A stretch of 64,000 nt of DNA from a virus. Shown here piece after piece: positions 59,007-64,000 of the stretch. Positions within the stretch are counted from its first letter, which is position 1, and each line of letters begins with the position of its first letter. A program made the translations under genes and the position numbers. Under the pieces are notes generated by a model. That model was not told the origin of the DNA and did not search any database. It was given only the letters and a program-made list of their open reading frames with translations. The stretch lies in the IMG/VR virus record IMGVR_UViG_3300032214_001486, positions 40,975 through 104,974 of that record. One strand, 5' to 3'.

Positions 59007-59314
59007 GTGACGGCAAAAAGGTCATCGACCTCAACGAAGTACAGCGATTGTTTACGAAAGCCTGGGTCGGAGTGCTGCGGGACAAACCTGAATTTCTCCC
59101 CACCTTCGACCAGAGCTTCCCCGGCTTCTACAGCCGGAAGGAAGATATAGGTATTGCGGTCAGCGGCGAGCTTTACGTCATCGGACACATGGACTTGAAG
59201 GGTAACTTTGTGCCCAACGCAGGCCCCTTCACGTCTGCGGCGGGGGCGGCTATCGCGGCGGTGGGGATGGTTGCCAATAGTCAAGCAAGCCGGGCCCTCC
59301 AGCACGGGGATTGA
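59003..59314 (+). CDS. hypothetical protein
   Basis: GTGA coupling. Confidence 0.6.
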   Translation: MSDGKKVIDLNEVQRLFTKAWVGVLRDKPEFLPTFDQSFPGFYSRKEDIGIAVSGELYVIGHMDLKGNFVPNAGPFTSAAGAAIAAVGMVANSQASRALQHGD

Positions 59315-59374
59315 CCCAGGCTCGCTCTTGGAGTACCCTGCCCACACTTCCCCCCACCACCAATGAGGCAGACC

Positions 59375-59998
59375 ATGAGCGATCTCGGCTTTCCCACCAT
59401 CCCCGGCACGGAACCCGCATACAACGTCGATAATCTCCAATTCGACACTGACCCCGAGACTATGCGCCGGCAATACTACGCGCAGACTCTCGCCGCGCAG
59501 CAGCAGCAGCAGCCGCAAACCTTCATCCCGTCTGCCGCGGAAACACCGGGAACAGCCGTGGTGGCCCCTGCCCCCGTCTCTATCGAGGCGTCCGCAGACA
59601 CCGGGTATTATGGGGGTATGTACGACGACGATTATGGCGATCCCGGCGAAAGCAACGACTTCTATGACAGTGTGCAGCAGGGTAGTGTTCTCGTCGGGTT
59701 CGCCCTAATCGGGCAGGTTGCCGATCAATGGCTCAAAGAGCGCACCGGGGCCGCTGGCTACGGCCCGATTTTGGGCGCGGCTACCGGAAACGCCCTCAAC
59801 ACCGTCATCGCGGCGAGCGACGGCGGGGCCAAGGCCAGCGCGAAGGCGCTGGGCGGCGCCCTTCTGCCAATGCTGCCGCTGGTGGCCGCGGTGGGCCTAA
59901 AGAAAGAGATTAGCGGGGGTACTCGGATTGCCCTTCTCCTTAGTAGTGCGGGGCTGCTCGGCGCCTCCCTCTACATGAAAAAGCAGGGGAAGAAGTAA
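59375..59998 (+). CDS. multi-pass membrane protein with acidic N-terminus
   Basis: Promoter TTGACC-N17-TACCCT at 59311-59339; several hydrophobic helices, basic tail. Confidence 0.7.
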   Translation: MSDLGFPTIPGTEPAYNVDNLQFDTDPETMRRQYYAQTLAAQQQQQPQTFIPSAAETPGTAVVAPAPVSIEASADTGYYGGMYDDDYGDPGESNDFYDSVQQGSVLVGFALIGQVADQWLKERTGAAGYGPILGAATGNALNTVIAASDGGAKASAKALGGALLPMLPLVAAVGLKKEISGGTRIALLLSSAGLLGASLYMKKQGKK

Positions 59999-60000
59999 TC

Positions 60001-60690
60001 ATGGGAAAGGGGATTTTGGACGAAATCAAGGCGGACGCCGCTGAAAACTGGCTATCTCTCGCCGAGGTAGAAGCCGCAATCCCCGCCATGAAAGCCAAAG
60101 GTGTGTCGGCCGTTGCCCGCGGAGAACAGCGGTCAAAGGTGACAGGGGGCGGGTTTATCGGCGCATACCGGCTCGCGGAGGGCGACCCCGGCACAATGGC
60201 CGATCTACTCGCAACCGCTAATCAAAGCTGGGCAAAACGGCGCATGGACTTTGTTTCTCGCCATATGGCCCAGCTTATCAACCGGGGAGAAGCCCTGTAT
60301 GACGGCAAGGGCAACCCTAAAGGCCGACACTTAGCCCTGATCGCCTGGGCATACACCCCGGACTATGACGGGTTTAAGGCGTGGCTGCGCCGTTCTCGCG
60401 GCGGACTGACGCGGAACGGTAGCCCCTGGAACCCCTGGAAAAAGGTCAATCGACCCGGCTCCGAAGTACAGACCCTCCTATTTGACCGTGACAAGTGGAA
60501 GCTGGGGGAAGCGCGGGACTGGCTCAAAGGTCACGGGTTTAACGGGCTCGGTGTAGACGCTAAGCCTAACAATCTACGGTTCCGGCAGCGGGAACCCTCT
60601 GAATTCCACCCTAATACCTTCCGCACCATTCCGTTTGGCCCGGATAGCGGAATACAAGCCGTTGTCGGAATTCCCTATGAAAAAGCCTAA
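60001..60690 (+). CDS. two-module hypothetical protein joined by LTRNGSPWNP
   Basis: Module 1 GVSAVARG...RHLALIAWAY; module 2 VQTLLFD...RFRQREP...GIQAVVG. Confidence 0.72.
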   Translation: MGKGILDEIKADAAENWLSLAEVEAAIPAMKAKGVSAVARGEQRSKVTGGGFIGAYRLAEGDPGTMADLLATANQSWAKRRMDFVSRHMAQLINRGEALYDGKGNPKGRHLALIAWAYTPDYDGFKAWLRRSRGGLTRNGSPWNPWKKVNRPGSEVQTLLFDRDKWKLGEARDWLKGHGFNGLGVDAKPNNLRFRQREPSEFHPNTFRTIPFGPDSGIQAVVGIPYEKA

Positions 60691-61294
60691 GATCGAGCAT
60701 GTGCGCCCGGACGGCTTCGATACCTACCGCTGGTGGGCGCCGCAACGGCTCAAACCGGGCCCGACGTGGTTCTATGCGACGTTGGAGCATGGGTATCACC
60801 GGCCGGGCAAGGTAGAATTGGCGACGGTGGACGCGCCGCTGCGGCCGTTGGTGGCGAACATGGTGAACTATGGCGTGCCGACGCTCCCCTCGTGTGCGGG
60901 TCATTTCCCGTCCGATCAAGAGCTTTGGCGCCTGTACGAAGGTCTAATGCGGGACGCGGAATGGGTCAGAAGCTACGGTCTGACGCTAAAGTGTGTGGAA
61001 ACCGGCGCCCTGGACGTTCACCGTGACCCTTCCTGGCGATTGCCCCTCTATGAAACCTGGGCAACAGAAACGAAAAAATACAGCGGGGTTGGCCGCATCG
61101 GGCTGGTGGTGTGTCCAGCCGACGCCGCCGGTATCTGCGAGGACTTGACCGACATTCCCGGTGTCCGCGTTGAAGTGAAGGCAGCCGAGGACGGGCAAGG
61201 TAATGAAATCGCCACGATTATCACAAAGGCGAACGACTTGGGCCACAGGGACCAGCTTTGGGGTACAATCACCCATCGACTAACCCTGGAGTAA
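60677..61294 (+). CDS. hypothetical protein
   Basis: VDAPLRPLV...TLPSCAGH; overlaps the upstream stop. Confidence 0.65.
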   Translation: MKKPKIEHVRPDGFDTYRWWAPQRLKPGPTWFYATLEHGYHRPGKVELATVDAPLRPLVANMVNYGVPTLPSCAGHFPSDQELWRLYEGLMRDAEWVRSYGLTLKCVETGALDVHRDPSWRLPLYETWATETKKYSGVGRIGLVVCPADAAGICEDLTDIPGVRVEVKAAEDGQGNEIATIITKANDLGHRDQLWGTITHRLTLE

Positions 61295-61297
61295 AAT

Positions 61298-61942
61298 ATG
61301 GCGACAGGCAAATCACAGAACGGCTGGCCCGCGTCGCCCAACGCCGCAAGTGTAGGGATTAGGCCCTTTTCGTTTGTGCTGCGGGGGGTTCCCCGTAAGC
61401 TGATGCTGGCAGAGTCCGTCGCACCTCAGCTTATTGAGATCATTCAATGGTGGGACCAGAACATCGAGCCCGTCACGCAGTTAGGTAGCTGGAATTACCG
61501 GGAGATCCGCGGTAAAGAGGGAACAGGGGTTCTATCTAACCATTCCAGCGGAACAGCGGTTGACATTAATTGGGATAAGCACCCGCTCGGGGCGGTGGGG
61601 ACCATTCCGGCGGACAAAGCAGCAGCGTTGCGGGCCAAGGTGTCGAGCCTCGGGCTGCGCTGGGGCGGCGACTACAAGCGCAGGAAAGACGAGCACCACG
61701 TTGAAGTCGCATACGGGCCCCTACAGCACACGGCGGTCGTGCGGGTCCAGCAGGCGCAGCAGGCGATCACGGGTGGAAAAAAAGCCGGTACTGCCGGGGC
61801 CCGGCGAGCCGCAAGACGGCTTTACAAGGAGAGGCGCGCTGTCTATACTGTTACTGCTATCGTATCTGCGATTTTTGTGGTAGGCTTAGGTGGTCTGCTA
61901 CTTCAACGCAAAAAGACAGCGCCGCCGGGAGGGCTGAAATGA
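61298..61942 (+). CDS. M15-family Zn peptidoglycan peptidase with C-terminal membrane anchor
   Basis: SQNGWPA, YREIRG, SNHSSGTAVD, RWGGDY, DEHHVE; terminal TM plus basic tail. Confidence 0.88.
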   Translation: MATGKSQNGWPASPNAASVGIRPFSFVLRGVPRKLMLAESVAPQLIEIIQWWDQNIEPVTQLGSWNYREIRGKEGTGVLSNHSSGTAVDINWDKHPLGAVGTIPADKAAALRAKVSSLGLRWGGDYKRRKDEHHVEVAYGPLQHTAVVRVQQAQQAITGGKKAGTAGARRAARRLYKERRAVYTVTAIVSAIFVVGLGGLLLQRKKTAPPGGLK

Positions 61943-62706
61943 ACGAGGACAATGTTTGCGAAGTTACCCTTGTACGGACTCCGCAAGGGGACTACACGCT
62001 GGCCGGTATTGACGACTACCTCAACGAAGTCGGGGATATGGGCGACGCCGCCAGCCGACGCAAGCGGCGGACAGAGCGGAAAAAGAAGCGGTACTCCAAA
62101 GCCAGCAAAAGCACCCGGAAGGCCGCGATTGCCGCCCGCGTAGCTACCCGGATGGCGATCCGAGCGGGCAAAGTGAAAAAGGGCCGGGTTAGCAAGGCCG
62201 CACGAAACGCCCGGCGGGCTGCCCGTAAGGGTTCGAGCGTGCTGGCGTCGGTTGTCGCCGGTCTAATGGCGGTCGGCCTATCCAAAAAGACCGCTACGGC
62301 CTACGCTAAGCGGGCGATTGCGCTGCTCAGCGGCAAAAAGAGCAAGAGCAAAGGCAAGAGCAAGGGTAAGAGCACCGCGAAGCCCACGGCGGACGAAAAG
62401 CTGGTCGCCGCTGCCACCAACGAGGAGAACGCCGCGGAAGCATCGGGTGAAACCGAGGAGGACGAAGCGGAGGACGAAGGGGAAGGCGAGGACGACCTTG
62501 AGGGTGAAGATGCAGAATTTGACGAGGAATATGACTCGGGCCCCGGCGGTACAGAAGTCGCGGGCTACGGTGCAATCCCCACAATTGATCGCGTCAAGCC
62601 TTTCATCCCCTGGATTGTGCTCGGGGTTGGCGCCCTGGCTATCTGGAAATTCAGCGCGTCCGATGCTCCGGCGGCCGACAAAGCCCCGGCCCGAAAGAAG
62701 CGGTGA
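61939..62706 (+). CDS. C-terminally anchored membrane protein with basic and acidic blocks
   Basis: LAG...MGD, K/R-rich block, E/D block, VAGYG, FIPWIVLGVGALAIW. Confidence 0.72.
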   Translation: MNEDNVCEVTLVRTPQGDYTLAGIDDYLNEVGDMGDAASRRKRRTERKKKRYSKASKSTRKAAIAARVATRMAIRAGKVKKGRVSKAARNARRAARKGSSVLASVVAGLMAVGLSKKTATAYAKRAIALLSGKKSKSKGKSKGKSTAKPTADEKLVAAATNEENAAEASGETEEDEAEDEGEGEDDLEGEDAEFDEEYDSGPGGTEVAGYGAIPTIDRVKPFIPWIVLGVGALAIWKFSASDAPAADKAPARKKR

Positions 62707-62775
62707 TCGAGGGGTAGACCTCCCTCGACCCCCTGTGGTACGATCTGCCGACCCCCATTTCCCCTGGAGAAAACA

Positions 62776-64000
62776 ATGTCCCAAGCTATCCGGTTAGGTG
62801 CGCGACCCGTCGATGATCGGGTGAACGTAGAGCGGGCCTTAGAAGCCTTCAACCGTTTCATGTTCCTAAAGCGCATGGGCGCGCCGCAGTCGGTGACCCT
62901 GCCCGTCGCGCAGCAGGTTGTGCATTACCTGCAAATTGCGCGCCGCTATGTCAACGGCTACGCCCTGGTCAGCGCCTACAGCGGCCCGCACCGGCTGATC
63001 TGGTACAACTTTGTCCGCCGCGCTACCTTTCGCGCATTTAGCGGCGCGGAGTTAGGGGCTGCCGGCGAGCGCAAGAATATCTCGCAAGCCCTGGCCCTGT
63101 TCAGCCAATGGAAGGCTCTGCCGCGGGGAAGCGCGGAGCGCAAGGCGATTGCCCGTCAGATTGTGAGCAACCTGCGCGTTGCGATCAATCAGGACAACGT
63201 ACAGATCGACGAGATCATCAGCGCGTGGACAAACGGTTCTGCTCCGAAGGCATGGCGCGGCTTCGCCCGCCGGGCCCAGGATCGTTCGCGCCGCCAGCAG
63301 GGCCGGGGCCAATACAGCGGCCTGGAATTGTCGGGTCCGCCCGCGCTGAGCAAGCGCCCGAATATCGCGCAGGCTTTGTCTCTCTACAATCAGTGGAAAG
63401 CTCTGCCCAAGGGTAGCTCGGAGAAGCGGACGGTTGCCCGTCAGATTGTGAGCAACCTGCGCGTTGCCGTAAGCAAGGAACGAATTGGGTACGCCGATCT
63501 GGTCAGGGCTTGGCCCCTCGCTATTCCGGGCGGCCAGCCCCCGAAGTCGTGGGTAGGTTTCGCCCGCCGCGCGGCCACACGTTCGACCACGAAGGGCTCG
63601 TACAGCGGCATCGGCATCTACAACAACGCCGACCTACCCATGATGGCCGGGTCCGATCTTAGCCTCGACGGCTTAGGTGACCTCGGGGCCGGCGGTGCCC
63701 GCCTGCGGGCCGCCTCCGAAATGAAGGCCAAGATCGCGGCGTACAAGAAGGATATTTCTGTGTTTGAGGGCCTTCTGAAAGAGGAAGGCTTGGATGCAGA
63801 CGAGAAGGCCAAATACCAGGATAAGATCGACTTCCGCAAGGAACGGATCAAGAAGCTGGAGAAGGGCCTAAAGGAGAAGGCCGAGCGGAAGGCCGGTCGG
63901 CGCCGCTGGGCAAAGTCTGCCGCCGCGACCCTCAACCCCTACGGCTTTGCGGGCGATGATCTCGACGGCGACGATATGGGGTTTTTGGATGACCTCAGCG
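62776..64000 (+). CDS. polyprotein-like protein with three tandem ~90-aa helical repeats (runs off the window; absent from ORF track)
   Basis: GGAG RBS, ATG at 62776, open to window end by my translation; WKALP...ARQIVSNLRVA...W..FARRA repeats; 34-bp identity at 63149-63182 and 63434-63467. Confidence 0.8.
   Translation, partial: MSQAIRLGARPVDDRVNVERALEAFNRFMFLKRMGAPQSVTLPVAQQVVHYLQIARRYVNGYALVSAYSGPHRLIWYNFVRRATFRAFSGAELGAAGERKNISQALALFSQWKALPRGSAERKAIARQIVSNLRVAINQDNVQIDEIISAWTNGSAPKAWRGFARRAQDRSRRQQGRGQYSGLELSGPPALSKRPNIAQALSLYNQWKALPKGSSEKRTVARQIVSNLRVAVSKERIGYADLVRAWPLAIPGGQPPKSWVGFARRAATRSTTKGSYSGIGIYNNADLPMMAGSDLSLDGLGDLGAGGARLRAASEMKAKIAAYKKDISVFEGLLKEEGLDADEKAKYQDKIDFRKERIKKLEKGLKEKAERKAGRRRWAKSAAATLNPYGFAGDDLDGDDMGFLDDLS

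Noticed and set aside
63149-63467. Diversity-generating retroelement template/variable repeat pair
   Set aside because: It is an in-frame domain duplication, differences are not adenine-specific, and no reverse transcriptase is visible.
1-64000. Tailed (HK97-type) prophage or host chromosomal DNA
   Set aside because: No recognisable terminase, portal, tail or housekeeping genes, and no att boundary; I noticed no tRNA or rRNA genes by eye.
1-64000. Alternative genetic code
   Set aside because: Genes tile densely under code 11, and TAA, TAG and TGA all act as stops with coupled starts.

Overview
The window looks entirely viral: high GC, dense genes, standard code, sigma70-type promoters, GGAG/GAGG ribosome-binding sites, two peptidoglycan enzymes (so a bacterial host), and no recognisable host housekeeping genes. 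I see no terminase, portal or tail genes. Instead there is a block of small all-beta, jelly-roll-like capsid candidates (40.9-43.6 kb), about ten proteins with a C-terminal membrane anchor, a membrane-anchored M15 muralytic enzyme and a transglutaminase-like Cys enzyme. My best reading is a large (>64 kb) tailless, internal-membrane virus related to single-jelly-roll viruses; this is inference from sequence patterns and needs structural confirmation. The main unexplained structure is three short peptide signals, each confined to a different gene set: (1) hydrophobic-[S/A/D]-G motifs in membrane and structural proteins, falling exactly between the repeated domains of the last ORF; (2) R/K-x-N(P/G) motifs in basic core proteins and at domain borders of large enzymes; (3) a shared N-terminal helical leader (LxxWVDQNxxRTxxLI-like) on up to eight otherwise unrelated proteins in a 12.5-37.5 kb array that includes SNF2, GHKL-metallopeptidase, Nudix and beta-helix proteins. 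Together they suggest a virion cargo sorting or processing system. Other points: a tyrosine recombinase near five mixed-orientation 18-bp repeats, a GHKL ATPase with an apparently relocated internal segment, an SSB-tail-like protein and a flavoprotein gene.
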